The position numbers and the translations under genes are program-made. Positions 48,050 through 59,227 of a DNA stretch of 64,000 nt are shown piece by piece. Origin of the DNA: Methanobacterium sp. PtaU1.Bin097 (GTDB taxonomy: Archaea > Methanobacteriota > Methanobacteria > Methanobacteriales > Methanobacteriaceae); the NCBI GenBank assembly GCA_002067325.1, contig MVQY01000037.1, positions 3,343 through 67,342 of the forward strand, in the 5' to 3' direction. Each line of letters opens with the position of its first letter. Position 1 is the first letter of the stretch. A model generated the notes under the pieces. The model saw only the letters and a program-made list of their open reading frames with translations, was not told the DNA's origin and did not search any database.

Positions 48050-48190
48050 TAATTAGGAGTTGTAAATTTTTTATTTTCATAAGGTGGGGTTAATTATTAG
48101 ATACAGATAGAATTTCTTTTATTTTCATTAGGGGGGTTTAAAATTCAGATAGGAATAGGATTTTTTTTATTTTCATTCAGACTGGAGGTT
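48050..48190. repeat. 3 x ~47-bp tandem units, each ending in TTTTATTTTCAT plus a G-rich block
   Basis: ATTTTTTATTTTCATAAGGTGGGGTT (48066-48091), ATTTCTTTTATTTTCATTAGGGGGGTTT (48112-48139), ATTTTTTTTATTTTCATTCAGACTGGAGGTT (48160-48190). Units 2 and 3 also share an AGATA..ATAG.A prefix. Confidence 0.8.
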
Positions 48191-48237
48191 AAGATTTAAT
48201 ACATAATTTTCATATCATATAATCGGGAGTTTGGAAA

Positions 48238-48987
48238 ATGATCGACGCACACTGCCATGTAGACTTCAAAGAATACAACAAAAACAGGGGAGAAGTAATG
48301 CAAAGGGCCCAGGAGAAACTACGGGCCATCATCAACTCCGGAGCAAGTCTAGGTGGTAACCGGCGCACATTAAAACTGCAAGAAGAATATCCTGGATTTC
48401 TATATGCCACTCTTGGTTTCCACCCACACAATGCAGTTAAAGCCGATTCTACGATTATAGACCAGGCCCTAGGGGAAATTGTTGATAATATAGATAAAAC
48501 AGTGGCCTTAGGCGAGACAGGTCTTGATTTCCACCAGATAAAGGGTGAAGAACAAAAAAAGAGACAGATAGATATATTTAAAAGATTTATAGATTTGGCG
48601 GTTGAGTTTGAAAAGCCCCTGGTTATACACGCCCGTGATTCTGAGGAAACCGCCCTGAACATGGTAAAAAACACAGTACCCCAGGTTATATTCCACTGCT
48701 ATGGGGGCAACGCCCGGACAGCCAGTGCAATAGTAGATGAAGGGTACTACCTATCCTTATCAACCATCATCAGCTTTTCCGACCACCACCAGGAACTGGC
48801 AAGGGAAATCCCCCTCTATAGCATGCTCACAGAAACTGACAGTCCCTACCTATCCCCATTTAAAGGCCGTAATGAACCAGCATACGTGGAAGAAGTGGTG
48901 AAGACCGTTGCCCAGGTAAAGGATACAAGCAGGGACGAGATTGACCGGGTAACCCAAAAAAATGCAGAAAAAATTTTCAGGTTGTAA
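48238..48987 (+). CDS. tatD: TatD-family metal-dependent hydrolase
   Basis: [10 protein letters not shown] start, [29 protein letters not shown] motifs. Confidence 0.9.
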   Translation: MIDAHCHVDFKEYNKNRGEVMQRAQEKLRAIINSGASLGGNRRTLKLQEEYPGFLYATLGFHPHNAVKADSTIIDQALGEIVDNIDKTVALGETGLDFHQIKGEEQKKRQIDIFKRFIDLAVEFEKPLVIHARDSEETALNMVKNTVPQVIFHCYGGNARTASAIVDEGYYLSLSTIISFSDHHQELAREIPLYSMLTETDSPYLSPFKGRNEPAYVEEVVKTVAQVKDTSRDEIDRVTQKNAEKIFRL

Positions 48988-48991
48988 GTGA

Positions 48992-50059
48992 ATGGCTCGC
49001 AGATCATATGTAGTGGTGGTAGTTTTAATTTTGGCAGTTGCACTAATTTTTTCGATATTATATATTAATCCAAGCTTCAACAACAGCCAAGAACAGAAGT
49101 CAAGGTTACAGGAAGCAAATATATCCATCATCTTCACTGGAGATGTGATGCTGGGACCAAGAGTGGGAACAGCACTGGCCGCCGGTCAGAACGTGTTTGC
49201 AGATCTAAAACCGATGTTTGAAAAATCAGATCTGGTCGTCGTAAACTTAGAAGCTCCATTTACCAATTCCAATCAAAACTGGAAGCAAGTCATACCATTT
49301 AAGGCAAACCCCCAATTTGCACATTACTTAAAGGATAACTTCATCGATGTGGCTACCCTGGCCAACAACCATATCATGGATTACGGGCCCACAGGGTTAC
49401 ATGATACCATAACAGCTTTAAAGGAGAATAATGTCTCCTACGTGGGGGCCGGGGAGAATATTGATGAAGCCAGTCAGCCACTCTATTATAAGGTGAACAA
49501 CGTTACCATCGCCATTTTAAGTTTCTATGACAACACCACTTTCCCCTTTGATCCGACAACACAGGTCCAGGCAGCCACAGATTCACGGCCAGGATATGCT
49601 CCTATGAACTGGGATCTGATTAAGAAGAGCATAGCCACGGTTCGAAATAATTCTGACCTGGTGGTGGTGTGTTTCCACTATGGAGTTGAGTATTCCCTAT
49701 GGCATGATGAAAGTCAGGAAGAAGTATCCAGAAAAAGTATAGATGAGGGTGCTGATCTCATCATAGGCAACCATCCCCATGTAACACAGGAAATAGAGAT
49801 GTACAAGGGAAAGCTGATCTTCTACAGTCTAGGTAACACTGTGTTCTATGATCTTACCGCAGGAAGTCCAAATAACATCATTGTAGAGTATAAGGTCACA
49901 AACGGAACTGCGCAGACAATAATACACCCCATCCTTGTTTATAATTATGCTCCCCACATCATGGATGATCAGAGGGCTAATGCCTTTTTAAAAAGTATAG
50001 AAGACAAATCAAACGTCAACATGACCATAGAAAATGGACTGGGTATCATTGATATTTGA
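48992..50059 (+). CDS. capA: CapA-family (PGA_cap) metallophosphoesterase-like protein with N-terminal membrane anchor
   Basis: IIFTGDVMLG, NLEAPFT, LANNHIMDYG, VGAGEN, CFHYGVEY, IGNHPHV, YSLGN motifs. Confidence 0.85.
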   Translation: MARRSYVVVVVLILAVALIFSILYINPSFNNSQEQKSRLQEANISIIFTGDVMLGPRVGTALAAGQNVFADLKPMFEKSDLVVVNLEAPFTNSNQNWKQVIPFKANPQFAHYLKDNFIDVATLANNHIMDYGPTGLHDTITALKENNVSYVGAGENIDEASQPLYYKVNNVTIAILSFYDNTTFPFDPTTQVQAATDSRPGYAPMNWDLIKKSIATVRNNSDLVVVCFHYGVEYSLWHDESQEEVSRKSIDEGADLIIGNHPHVTQEIEMYKGKLIFYSLGNTVFYDLTAGSPNNIIVEYKVTNGTAQTIIHPILVYNYAPHIMDDQRANAFLKSIEDKSNVNMTIENGLGIIDI

Positions 50060-50115
50060 AAGCTTTAGAAGTATATTACCCTCCCACTGGAAGTACATTA
50101 CCCCCACTACTTTCC

Positions 50116-50511
50116 TTACTCATCTAACTTGGTGAAAACCTCTTTTGCAGCATTTATACCGTTGATGGCTGCAGGGAAACCGGCATAAACCGCCATCTGT
50201 ATTATTACCTCTACAATCTCTTCACGGGTGCATCCGCTGTTTAAAGCACCTTCTATATGGCTCTGGAGTTGCAGAGGCGCATTGCCCAGGGCAGTGAGTG
50301 CAGCCACCGTGGCTATCTCCCGGGACTTCAGGTCAAGACTAGGTCTGCTGTAGATGTCGCCGTAGGCAAATTCAGCAACGTATCGTGCTAGATCCGGTGC
50401 AATATCCCCCAAGTTTTCCCTTAATTTTTTATAATTTTCACTGTTATGTTCTTCGAGATGTTTTAAACCCCTTTGATAGCGTCTGTTATCCATTTCTGTG
50501 TTCTCCTTCAA
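50116..50511 (-). CDS. carboxymuconolactone decarboxylase family protein
   Basis: 131 aa. [19 protein letters not shown] and [25 protein letters not shown] are typical of the CMD/PcaC-like family. Confidence 0.82.
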   Translation of the reverse strand: MKENTEMDNRRYQRGLKHLEEHNSENYKKLRENLGDIAPDLARYVAEFAYGDIYSRPSLDLKSREIATVAALTALGNAPLQLQSHIEGALNSGCTREEIVEVIIQMAVYAGFPAAINGINAAKEVFTKLDE

Positions 50512-50641
50512 CTAAAACTACATAAAACAATAAAAACTTAAGTTTAACTAATTATAATAGGAATTATATTTATAAATATTTTTTATAGCCAACACCTGGT
50601 TAAGTAATTAGTCCACTTAAAAATCTTTTACAGGTTAGAAA

Positions 50642-51322
50642 ATGAAGCCCCATGTTATATTAAATTCTGCCATGACCTTGGACGGGAAGATAGCCACCAG
50701 AACAGGTAGTTCAGAAATTTCCGGCCCGGAAGATCTTCTAAGAGTGCACCAGCTTAGAAGGAAACTGGATGCCATAATGGTGGGGGTCAACACGGTCTTA
50801 GAAGACGATCCAAGGTTAACCGTTCATAAATTCCAACCAGATGAATCTGATAGTTCATTAAGGGAATTTGATAACCCGTTAAGGGTGATAACAGATAGTA
50901 AAGCCAGAACTCCCTTAAATTCACGTGTGCTTAACCAGGAAGCCGGGACTTTAATAGCTGTTTCCCAGAAAGCACCAGGAGAAAGAGTCAAAGCATTGAG
51001 GGATAAGGGGGGAAATGTAGATGTAATACTGGCTGGTGAGGCCAGGGTGGATCTTGCCATCTTAATGGATGAACTGGCCCAGAGGGGGGTACGGTCATTA
51101 CTCCTGGAGGGCGGTTCGACCTTAAACTTCTCCATGCTCCAGGCCGGCCTGGTGGATGAAGTCAGAGTATGTATCGCACCCATGATAGCCGGGGGAGTAG
51201 GTGCTAAAACTCTGGCAGGGGGTGAGGGCGTGGATTACATGAAGGACGCCTTTAAATTAGAGCTTAAAAAGAGTTATAAATTAGGAAAAGATTTTATACT
51301 GGAATATGAAGTCTTAAAATAA
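50642..51322 (+). CDS. 2,5-diamino-6-(ribosylamino)-4(3H)-pyrimidinone 5'-phosphate reductase (archaeal RibD C-terminal type)
   Basis: MKPHVILNSAMTLDGKIATRTGSS...VHQLRRKLDAIMVGVNTVLEDDPRLTV...LLLEGGSTLN; DHFR-like reductase pattern. Confidence 0.88.
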   Translation: MKPHVILNSAMTLDGKIATRTGSSEISGPEDLLRVHQLRRKLDAIMVGVNTVLEDDPRLTVHKFQPDESDSSLREFDNPLRVITDSKARTPLNSRVLNQEAGTLIAVSQKAPGERVKALRDKGGNVDVILAGEARVDLAILMDELAQRGVRSLLLEGGSTLNFSMLQAGLVDEVRVCIAPMIAGGVGAKTLAGGEGVDYMKDAFKLELKKSYKLGKDFILEYEVLK

Positions 51323-51334
51323 AAAAAAGGTTGG

Positions 51335-51493
51335 TTAGTTTTTTTTCAAAAACAGCAGGTATATTCCAGCTAAGATGGCAACTATAGCGATTATCCATAA
51401 GAGATAACCGAAGAACCATATGGCAGTGAACCATACCACTATGATTAAAATTCCAAGAATCAAATATATTATGCCCATTATTTTATCGTTCAT
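51335..51493 (-). CDS. possible 52-aa two-TM membrane peptide (not in ORF track)
   Basis: Hand translation: MNDKIMGIIYLILGILIIVVWFTAIWFFGYLLWIIAIVAILAGIYLLFLKKN, stop at 51335-51337. GAGGTG-like RBS upstream (rc of cacctc at 51501-51506). Confidence 0.4.
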   Translation of the reverse strand: MNDKIMGIIYLILGILIIVVWFTAIWFFGYLLWIIAIVAILAGIYLLFLKKN

Positions 51494-51560
51494 TTAACAC
51501 ACCTCATATTATTTAATTAGTTCCCTGACCTTAATTAAACTTACTATTTTCGTGAAGTGT

Positions 51561-52223
51561 TTAATATCCATTTTTACCCAATATATTCAGGGGGTTGGTT
51601 CTTAAAATTTTATGAACTTCTTTATCTGGAATCCCAGCACCTTTAATTATCTTAAGTGCGGTTTCATAGGATATTAAGTCTTCTGGGGCGTGTGTATCGG
51701 TGTCCATCACCAGGTTGGCTCCTACCTCCATTGCCACCTTGGCCACATATCCGTTGGCAAGGCAGTGCCCCCTTCTGGAACTTATCTCCAGTGCGATATC
51801 ATTATCACGGGCAATTTCAGCTTCTTCAACGGTTATAAGTCCTGGATGGGCCAGTATATCAATTTCTGGAATGTTAACCGCGGTGAAATTCGTGCCCTCC
51901 AGGACTGGTTCCACCAGAGTCTCTCCGTGGGCTACGATAATTTCTGCACCTAACTTCCTGGCTTGGACGGCCAGTTTATCAATTACTTCAACTGGTGCAT
52001 GGGTTATTTCAGCCCCAGGAATAACGTTGATATCCCAGTTATCCCGGATATCATTAATCGCGTTTATTATTTTTCCCACACTGTCGATGTTGGACGCGTC
52101 GACATGGTCGGTTATGGCCACGGCCTCATGATCCAGGACCTGTGCGCGTCTGGCTATTTCAGATGGGAGCAGTTCACCATCACTGAATATGCTGTGGGTA
52201 TGTAAATCTATTCTTTTACTCAT
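51561..52223 (-). CDS. PHP-domain metal-dependent phosphoesterase
   Basis: [31 protein letters not shown] motifs of the PHP family. ATG 52223 is preferred over the TTG at 52232. Confidence 0.82.
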   Translation of the reverse strand: MSKRIDLHTHSIFSDGELLPSEIARRAQVLDHEAVAITDHVDASNIDSVGKIINAINDIRDNWDINVIPGAEITHAPVEVIDKLAVQARKLGAEIIVAHGETLVEPVLEGTNFTAVNIPEIDILAHPGLITVEEAEIARDNDIALEISSRRGHCLANGYVAKVAMEVGANLVMDTDTHAPEDLISYETALKIIKGAGIPDKEVHKILRTNPLNILGKNGY

Positions 52224-52326
52224 GAGAATCAACTCAAATTTATTATTAGCTATACTTTAAACAATTACCTTGATTGTGCTTATTGTTATATGGTATTCTT
52301 GGCATAAATAATAATGGTGATTTTGA

Positions 52327-53208
52327 TTGAAAAGTTCTTTATTCGTTCCTTCACATATAACCGGGTTTTTCCAGATTATACCTGACTTAGATCCACTGAG
52401 AAAGGGTTCCCGGGGTGCAGGGATAGTCCTGGATAAAGGGGTAATAACCGATGTATCCATTGAAGATGGTGATGGTGTAGATGTTATAATTAACGGTGAA
52501 TCAGATTCTAAACTTTCTTCTATAACCTACAAGACTATAGATTTAATTAAAGAGCGATTTACAATTGTTAATGAAAAAATTACCATCAACCATGAGTTTC
52601 AAATCCCGGTGGGCAGTGGATTCGGGGTTTCAGCCGCCTGTGCCCTGGGAACATCGCTGGGAATTGTAAAAGCCCTTAAACTCCCTTTAACCTATAATAG
52701 GGCGGCATCCATAGCCCATCTGGCGGAGATTGAGATGAAAAGTGGTTTAGGTGATGTCATAGCAGAGATCACCGGCGGACTGGTCTTAAGGCTTAAAGAA
52801 GGCGCCCCAGGATACGGTAGAACAGATAGGATTCTTCCCGGTCGAAGCCGGGGTGTTGATGAATATTACATCATCAGCAAGACCCTGGGAGAAATTGAAA
52901 CATCCACCATAATCGAAGATCCCTACTGGCAGAAGAAAATCAACCAAACCGGTGAAACCCTGCTGGGTGAACTTCTGGAAAAACCAGATATCCATAACTT
53001 CTTTAAACTATCCCAGAGATTTGCAGAGAAAACCTCACTCATGAATTCACAGCTTAAAGAAGTGGTGGACATACTGGAAGAAGAGACCCTGGGGGCCAGT
53101 ATGGCTATGCTGGGAAACACGGCATTTGCACTCTCTGAAACACCAGATACAAGTTTAGATGATGCTATAATCTCTAAAATTGATGATATGGGTTGTAGGT
53201 TCCTTTAA
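52327..53208 (+). CDS. pantoate kinase (archaeal CoA pathway, GHMP kinase superfamily)
   Basis: VPSHITGFF start and GHMP motif II PVGSGFGVSAACALG. Length and N-terminus fit the COG1829 family. TTG start is uncertain. Confidence 0.72.
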   Translation: MKSSLFVPSHITGFFQIIPDLDPLRKGSRGAGIVLDKGVITDVSIEDGDGVDVIINGESDSKLSSITYKTIDLIKERFTIVNEKITINHEFQIPVGSGFGVSAACALGTSLGIVKALKLPLTYNRAASIAHLAEIEMKSGLGDVIAEITGGLVLRLKEGAPGYGRTDRILPGRSRGVDEYYIISKTLGEIETSTIIEDPYWQKKINQTGETLLGELLEKPDIHNFFKLSQRFAEKTSLMNSQLKEVVDILEEETLGASMAMLGNTAFALSETPDTSLDDAIISKIDDMGCRFL

Positions 53209-53252
53209 AATTACCTAAAATAAGTTATTTTTTAACATCCTCGAGGGCATGT

Positions 53253-54047
53253 TTACTTCTTAACATCCTCAACCAAGTATTTAATATCTTCATCATCCAG
53301 TTTACGGGTTATGATATTGGTCATCTTACCCACGGCAAAGACCAGTACGTTGAGGCCCCTTTTGGCGGCGGCCACGGCTGCCTCAGGGGTTGCAAATTCA
53401 AAATCAGCCTGTATACCTAATTTTTCCGCAACCACCCGGGACACGGTTCCCATTATTCCCATGCGGTCGATTTCTTCCTTCCTGTCCGTCAGGATGTCTT
53501 TAATTTTTTCCAGATCAGAGGCACTTGAACCGCCCTGATTGATGGTTGGAAGCTTAATTATAATTACATATCCGGGATCAAGTTCTATGAGTCCACTTAA
53601 CTTGGTGAGTGCCACGTCTTCACCTTCCCTGGCGTCGCTCAGCACTTCTGCATGGGCGGGTGTTTCACTGGTGGTGGCGTAGAGAACTCCTTTATCCATC
53701 TCCATCCAGACTTCATCACCGGATTTAAGTTCTTCCCGGGCTATGGCTGGCCATATGGATTTATAAGCATTCATGGTATCCAGGACCTGTTCTGAATACT
53801 TTCTAAGGTCCATGGCCTCACGCTTAACCCTTTCAATACCCCTCTTGGTGATCTTGTAGTGGACGTGTCCCTTACCAGTTTCAACCAGACCTTCATCGAC
53901 TAAACTTTTGATATTTTCTGAGACGGCCTGGACTGTTATTCCCAGCTCCTCTGCAATGTCTTTCTGACGCAGATGAGGCTCCTGCTTGGCTATTTCTGCC
54001 AGTATCTGGAAACGGGTGAGTTCACCCTTCTTTTTAAAGACCTTCAT
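53253..54047 (-). CDS. winged-helix transcriptional regulator with C-terminal uncharacterised domain
   Basis: N-terminal wHTH ([45 protein letters not shown]). About 190-aa C-terminal domain of unknown function. Confidence 0.65.
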   Translation of the reverse strand: MKVFKKKGELTRFQILAEIAKQEPHLRQKDIAEELGITVQAVSENIKSLVDEGLVETGKGHVHYKITKRGIERVKREAMDLRKYSEQVLDTMNAYKSIWPAIAREELKSGDEVWMEMDKGVLYATTSETPAHAEVLSDAREGEDVALTKLSGLIELDPGYVIIIKLPTINQGGSSASDLEKIKDILTDRKEEIDRMGIMGTVSRVVAEKLGIQADFEFATPEAAVAAAKRGLNVLVFAVGKMTNIITRKLDDEDIKYLVEDVKK

Positions 54048-54107
54048 GTTACACCAATTAAATTTATTTACATAGTACTATTAACTTTTCATTCATTATT
54101 TAACTAT

Positions 54108-54782
54108 ATGGTGACATGGCTAATAAGAGCAGTTGATTGGGGAAATATTCAGCGCAGCCCAACTTTTCAGGCGATATTCAATTACTTTTTTTCAGATTCC
54201 TCTAAATTAACTATACCTGTTATTTTCGATAGTGCCGGTACACGTGTAGATGATATCATGGGGGATTCTACACCAGTTACAAAGAAACTGGATATGATTC
54301 ATGCGGGTATACACTATGATATTGTCAAAGGAGCAGATAAAAGTTTGGCTGATGATTTCTTGAGTAAGTGGTATGGAAAAGACGAGACACACATCCCTCT
54401 TAAAGAAAAAAGAGGAATAACCAGGATATATTCCAAAATAAAAACAGACGTCCACTTAGAGCAGATGCGATTTAGAAATGTAGCATTGATGGAAGCAGGT
54501 ATCCCTGAAGAATTTTTACCAGGAATGAGGGTTCCATTTCGGCATAATAAGAATTTGAGGTTAATACTTCCTTTGGAAGAAAACATCGTCCAGCAAGTTG
54601 AAGATTATTACAAATCTTCGAGTAATAAGCAGCCGTTGACAAAAATATACGGTGATTTAGTAGGAATAGACTATTTAGAAGATGAACTGGTTGGAGGAAT
54701 TAAAACTGCCAGAAAACAGGTGGAATATTTCATGAACACCCGTGACGAAGCAATGGAGGAAATAACAAAATTGCTTGGATAG
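54108..54782 (+). CDS. hypothetical protein
   Basis: 224 aa from ATG 54108. The track's upstream extension to 53973 overlaps the divergent regulator gene. No recognised motifs. Confidence 0.55.
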   Translation: MVTWLIRAVDWGNIQRSPTFQAIFNYFFSDSSKLTIPVIFDSAGTRVDDIMGDSTPVTKKLDMIHAGIHYDIVKGADKSLADDFLSKWYGKDETHIPLKEKRGITRIYSKIKTDVHLEQMRFRNVALMEAGIPEEFLPGMRVPFRHNKNLRLILPLEENIVQQVEDYYKSSSNKQPLTKIYGDLVGIDYLEDELVGGIKTARKQVEYFMNTRDEAMEEITKLLG

Positions 54783-54791
54783 GGGATTTAT

Positions 54792-56198
54792 TCATACAAC
54801 ACCATTTAAAGCAGTATCAAATTTCTGCAGGAATTCACCCACTTTTGATTCTGGAACATAAGCTCCACAGGCTACTGAATGCCCTCCGCCACTGCCTCCC
54901 ACTTTTTCGGCCACCTTCTTGATCATGTTTCCGAAGTGGATGCCGTCGTAAGCTAAAAGGCGTGAACAACGTAAGGACACCTTGATATCGTCTTTCTGGT
55001 CACTTATATCTGTAAGGCCTATGATAGGTTTCCTCCAGTCACCGTAACTTAAAAGCATCCCAGTTATGGTTCCGATGACTTCGCTTTTTATCCCGTTTCC
55101 CTCGAAGTACTGGAGGTTGTCCAGTTTGTTGATCCGATCCTCTTCCCTCACCCATTCCATCTTCTGGGCAAGGTATCTCCGGTGTTGCCGGGCCAACTTC
55201 CCCATATCCTTTAATGCAGCCTCTCTATCGCCTTTTAACACGTTAAGGGCGATTTCGTGTCTTTTGTTTCGGCTGCAGGCGTTTACGGCGGTGGAAAATT
55301 CACTGGCATCCCGTAGTGGGGTGTATAGCTTTTCGTTTAAGAATTCGTAGGCATCTCCAGAGACCAGTTTGGGGATGTGCTTGACGTATCTATGGGGGAC
55401 CTCCCTGCTTAACAACCTCACCAGTTCAGAGAATATCCTCCGCTTCTCATCCATGCTTAAGTCATAGAGAGTCCGTTGTTTGCCGTCCTTTGTAGTGGGG
55501 ATTTCAAGTTTCCTCAGGAGTAACATACACTCATTACGATTGTTGGTTATGGGGAGGTTAACATCTCCGAAGTAGGAAAGTGCAACGAAGAGTGGTCTAG
55601 TCTGTCTTCCATAGATGGATAGGTCGTAGCTGGAATTCACCAGGCCGAGTTTTACGGCATCCTGGAGTATCTCCTGGTTTAAACCCTGTAATTTGCCTGT
55701 AAAACTATCCTGCATATCACCCACAGCACTTAAAACACCCATCCAGCTTAGTTTGTAGAACCCGAAGGTTTTAGCCAGTAAATAGGACATTCCGCCTCCG
55801 GATATTTGGTAAGATCCATCGATACCATAATGATGGGGGTTAAGTTCCAGGAAATTTCCATTAAACTGGTTATGACTCCGGAGGGGTGGGTGGTGGTCTA
55901 AAATCAGGACTTTGGAGTTTGAGGTTGCAAATTTATCCAGGTTCTGCCCGGATGCCAGGTCAGAAAAGATTGTGAGCTCATTTTCCGGGCGTAAATCCTC
56001 TATCCGGTCTAAACTTATAAATTCGATTTCATGGTCTATTTCAAGCTCATCCAGTGTTGAGGAGAGAATTGCACCTGCTGATAAACCGTCACAATCGATG
56101 TGACTGTATATTTTCACATCTTCAGCATTTTTAACCATGTTATGTGCTTTATCGAATCCTTTTATCATCGTGGATTTTGGATGTTTCACCTTGAACAA
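54792..56198 (-). CDS. archaeal RecJ-like DHH/DHHA1 phosphoesterase
   Basis: DHH motifs ([23 protein letters not shown]) and DHHA1 [10 protein letters not shown]. Start is uncertain (TTG 56198, GTG 56189 or ATG 56168). Confidence 0.85.
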   Translation of the reverse strand: MFKVKHPKSTMIKGFDKAHNMVKNAEDVKIYSHIDCDGLSAGAILSSTLDELEIDHEIEFISLDRIEDLRPENELTIFSDLASGQNLDKFATSNSKVLILDHHPPLRSHNQFNGNFLELNPHHYGIDGSYQISGGGMSYLLAKTFGFYKLSWMGVLSAVGDMQDSFTGKLQGLNQEILQDAVKLGLVNSSYDLSIYGRQTRPLFVALSYFGDVNLPITNNRNECMLLLRKLEIPTTKDGKQRTLYDLSMDEKRRIFSELVRLLSREVPHRYVKHIPKLVSGDAYEFLNEKLYTPLRDASEFSTAVNACSRNKRHEIALNVLKGDREAALKDMGKLARQHRRYLAQKMEWVREEDRINKLDNLQYFEGNGIKSEVIGTITGMLLSYGDWRKPIIGLTDISDQKDDIKVSLRCSRLLAYDGIHFGNMIKKVAEKVGGSGGGHSVACGAYVPESKVGEFLQKFDTALNGVV

Positions 56199-56387
56199 TC
56201 TCCTGTTATAATAAAGATTTCACCATAAAAATAAATGATTAAACCAACAATTAAACTTATTATTGATTTTATTAACTTAAATAAGTTTCTAAATGAGTTA
56301 ATTACTTGGAATATGGTAATAACCATATGGGGATAGTAATAATGATATGGTCTAAAAAATTAAGCCACATATCAAACTGAACAAGAT

Positions 56388-56660
56388 TTATTTGCGGAAA
56401 CCCCGGATGGTGTTGCTAATCTTAATTAGAATTTCCCTTTTAGGCTGGTTTTTATCGATGATTACCCTTCCTGAATTTTCCCACCAGGATTTAGGGTAAG
56501 ATTTATCTTTTTCCACTTCAGGGTTGAGTCCCAGTTTACCCGCTGCCCGGGATATCTCCCTGAGTTTTGGTGTGCTTACAGCATACTTTTTAGAGATCTT
56601 CCTCCCTTCTTTCACCGTTTTTTTCGAGTCGATGTTGGCCGGCCAGATAGTAGCTTTCAT
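56388..56660 (-). CDS. srp19: signal recognition particle protein SRP19
   Basis: 90 aa. [24 protein letters not shown] start is typical of archaeal SRP19. Confidence 0.9.
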   Translation of the reverse strand: MKATIWPANIDSKKTVKEGRKISKKYAVSTPKLREISRAAGKLGLNPEVEKDKSYPKSWWENSGRVIIDKNQPKREILIKISNTIRGFRK

Positions 56661-56699
56661 TATTTCACCAGTGAACGTTTTTATTTACTTATTATTTAC

Positions 56700-57482
56700 T
56701 TAATCCATTTCTTCCCTTAACCTGTCTAACATAGATTTAACTGTATACTCGTCAGGGGTTATGGTGGGTATATCATATTTTTCTAAGGCTCTTGCAGTGA
56801 CCGGGCCTATAGCTGCCACCAGGACCTCACCGCTGCGGAGTGGTTCCAGTAATCTCTCCTTATCTTCCCCTTCAACCATTTTAAACAGGTTGCTGGCGGT
56901 GAGTGTGCTGGTGAAGGTGACTGCATCAACTTTCCTATTTATGATGCCCTGAACCAGTTCATTGACCTTGCTGCGATCCCCGGGAAGGTCTGACTTGTAG
57001 GCTTCCACCAGGAAAACGTTAGCACCTCTATCTTTTAATCCATCGGGTAGCACGTCACGGGCTGCCAGAGTCCGGGGGAGGCCTATGTTCTTATTTTCAA
57101 CATCCACATCTTCAAATATTTCCAATAAACCCTCAGCCGTGTAGTCATCAGGGATAACATCCGCTTCTAAGCCGTATTCACTTAAGTTTTTCCCGGTGCG
57201 TGGTCCGATAACCGCGATCCGGCAATCAGGGTTCAACCTGTCTTTAAGGTCTTTGCAGTGTTTAAATAGAGATAAAATTGCAGTGGATGAGGTGAAGATA
57301 AGCCAGTCCAGCTTACCTACATTTTTACATAAGTCTTTCAGTGGCTGGGTGTTGGTGATGACCAATTCCAGTGTAGGGGCAACCAGGACTGTCCCACCGT
57401 AGTCTTCGATTATTTTAATTGCTTCCTGGCTCCTCTCTATAGGCCGGGTTATTGCGATCTTTTTTCCTTTAAAATCGTTCAT
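56700..57482 (-). CDS. hemD: uroporphyrinogen-III synthase
   Basis: 260 aa two-domain HemD pattern (KKIAITRP...LIFTSS...VTFTS...AAIGPVT). Confidence 0.85.
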   Translation of the reverse strand: MNDFKGKKIAITRPIERSQEAIKIIEDYGGTVLVAPTLELVITNTQPLKDLCKNVGKLDWLIFTSSTAILSLFKHCKDLKDRLNPDCRIAVIGPRTGKNLSEYGLEADVIPDDYTAEGLLEIFEDVDVENKNIGLPRTLAARDVLPDGLKDRGANVFLVEAYKSDLPGDRSKVNELVQGIINRKVDAVTFTSTLTASNLFKMVEGEDKERLLEPLRSGEVLVAAIGPVTARALEKYDIPTITPDEYTVKSMLDRLREEMD

Positions 57483-57512
57483 AAGAGTACCTTCTTATTA
57501 TAAGTTTCCTGT

Positions 57513-58220
57513 TTATTGTAACCGTACCTTCTTAAATACATCCACCACTTGCCCTATGATGACCAGGGCAGGGGGTTTAATATCCTTAGTGTGTATGTCC
57601 TCCAGAGTACCAGTGATGATCCTCTGTTCAGGTAGAGTACCTCTTTCTATTACACACACTGGGGTTTGGGGATCTCTATATTTCATTAATTTTCGGGTGT
57701 TGTCTTCCAGTTTCCCCACACCCATCAGGATCACGATGGTATCTGCTTTAAAATCCCATTTAACCTGTTGTTCGCTCTTGGTGGGGTCTTCATGTCCAGT
57801 TACAATGGTCAGTGATGTGGCAACTCCCCTATGGGTTACTGGTAGTCCTATGGTTGTGGGAACTCCTATAGCCGAGGTTACGCCGGGGATTATCTCGAAG
57901 GGGATTCCTTCTTCCAGGAGGGCGAGCATCTCCTCGCCGCCCCTTCCAAATACGAAGGGGTCTCCTCCTTTAAGCCTTACCACCAGGTCGTTGGTTTTGG
58001 CTTTATCAATGAGTATCTGGTTTATTTCTTCCTGTTTTTTGTAGTGCTGGCCGGCCTTTTTACCTACGTAAATTAACTCCGCATCCCTGGCATGTTCGAG
58101 TATTTTCTCATTGGATAGGTAGTCGTATAAAACCACATCTGCCTTTTTAAGGACGTCCACTGCCTTCAAGGTGAGGAGATCTGGATCACCAGGTCCTGCG
58201 CCTACTAGATACACTGTCAT
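57513..58220 (-). CDS. cobA: uroporphyrinogen-III C-methyltransferase (SUMT)
   Basis: [43 protein letters not shown] motifs. Confidence 0.93.
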   Translation of the reverse strand: MTVYLVGAGPGDPDLLTLKAVDVLKKADVVLYDYLSNEKILEHARDAELIYVGKKAGQHYKKQEEINQILIDKAKTNDLVVRLKGGDPFVFGRGGEEMLALLEEGIPFEIIPGVTSAIGVPTTIGLPVTHRGVATSLTIVTGHEDPTKSEQQVKWDFKADTIVILMGVGKLEDNTRKLMKYRDPQTPVCVIERGTLPEQRIITGTLEDIHTKDIKPPALVIIGQVVDVFKKVRLQ

Positions 58221-58284
58221 AATATTTTACACCTTTTGATTAAATGAAAAAGAAATAATATCCTTATAAAAATGAGATGGGGGT

Positions 58285-58935
58285 TTAATAATTGACTATT
58301 CCCTTGAAGAACTTCAAACCATCATCTGAACCTAGGATTACTTCGGAGGCTCTCTCTGGATGGGGCATCACTGCGCATACCAACCCATCTTCATCACACA
58401 CTCCGGTAATTGCTTCCATGGAGCCGTTGGGGTTTTCGCCTTCGAAGGCCAGCACCACCTGGTCCTGATCCTTCAGTTTCTGTATTTCATCGTTGTAGTA
58501 ACGTCCTTCTGCATGGGCTATGGGCATTTTGATGATGTCACCAGCACTGTACATACTGGTGAAGGGTGTTCTGGTGGTTTTAACCTTCAATTCGGTCCAT
58601 CTGCACAGGAATTTTGCGTGGCTGTTGTTGGTGAACACTCCCGGGACCAGGCCTATCTCTGCCAGGATCTGAGCCCCGTTACATATTCCCAGGACAGGTT
58701 TCCCCGCTTTAACAGCGTCTTTAATTCCATTGATGACGGGGGTGATGGCTGCGATGGCTCCAGCCCTTAAATAATCACCGTAGGAGAATCCTCCAGGGAT
58801 TATTATACCATCAAATGATGAGAGGTCCCTCTGGTTCCACCAGGCATATTCAGGTTCCCCCCCGGCTAGTTCAAGGGCGTGGTACACATCCCGGTCACAG
58901 TTGGTACCTGGAAATCTTATAATCGCCACTTTCAT
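58285..58935 (-). CDS. purQ: phosphoribosylformylglycinamidine synthase subunit I (glutaminase)
   Basis: [13 protein letters not shown] start, GICNGAQIL nucleophile elbow, MPHPER motif. Confidence 0.95.
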   Translation of the reverse strand: MKVAIIRFPGTNCDRDVYHALELAGGEPEYAWWNQRDLSSFDGIIIPGGFSYGDYLRAGAIAAITPVINGIKDAVKAGKPVLGICNGAQILAEIGLVPGVFTNNSHAKFLCRWTELKVKTTRTPFTSMYSAGDIIKMPIAHAEGRYYNDEIQKLKDQDQVVLAFEGENPNGSMEAITGVCDEDGLVCAVMPHPERASEVILGSDDGLKFFKGIVNY

Positions 58936-58936
58936 T

Positions 58937-59188
58937 TTAATCCTCCGGGGCTATTCCTATCTCGTAGTTATGGATCACCGGGTTGCAGAGCAGTTTTTGA
59001 CACATCTCATCCACCTTCTGGCGGACAATATCTTCACTATCCCCTTCTATGGAGAATTTAATTATTTGAAGGGTTTTGGTGTTTTCTACCTGGTACTTCA
59101 GGAGCGCCAGTGCCCTTTGGATGGTGGCTGCTTCCGGGTTCAGCATGCCTTTTTTTAAACTTATTTTGACCTCTGCATCGTACTTCAT
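58937..59188 (-). CDS. purS: phosphoribosylformylglycinamidine synthase subunit PurS
   Basis: 83 aa. [12 protein letters not shown] pattern. Ends 1 nt before the purQ start. Confidence 0.9.
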   Translation of the reverse strand: MKYDAEVKISLKKGMLNPEAATIQRALALLKYQVENTKTLQIIKFSIEGDSEDIVRQKVDEMCQKLLCNPVIHNYEIGIAPED

Positions 59189-59227
59189 CTTCTTTCACCT
59201 ATATTCGTAGCCTTTCGCCTAATATTA

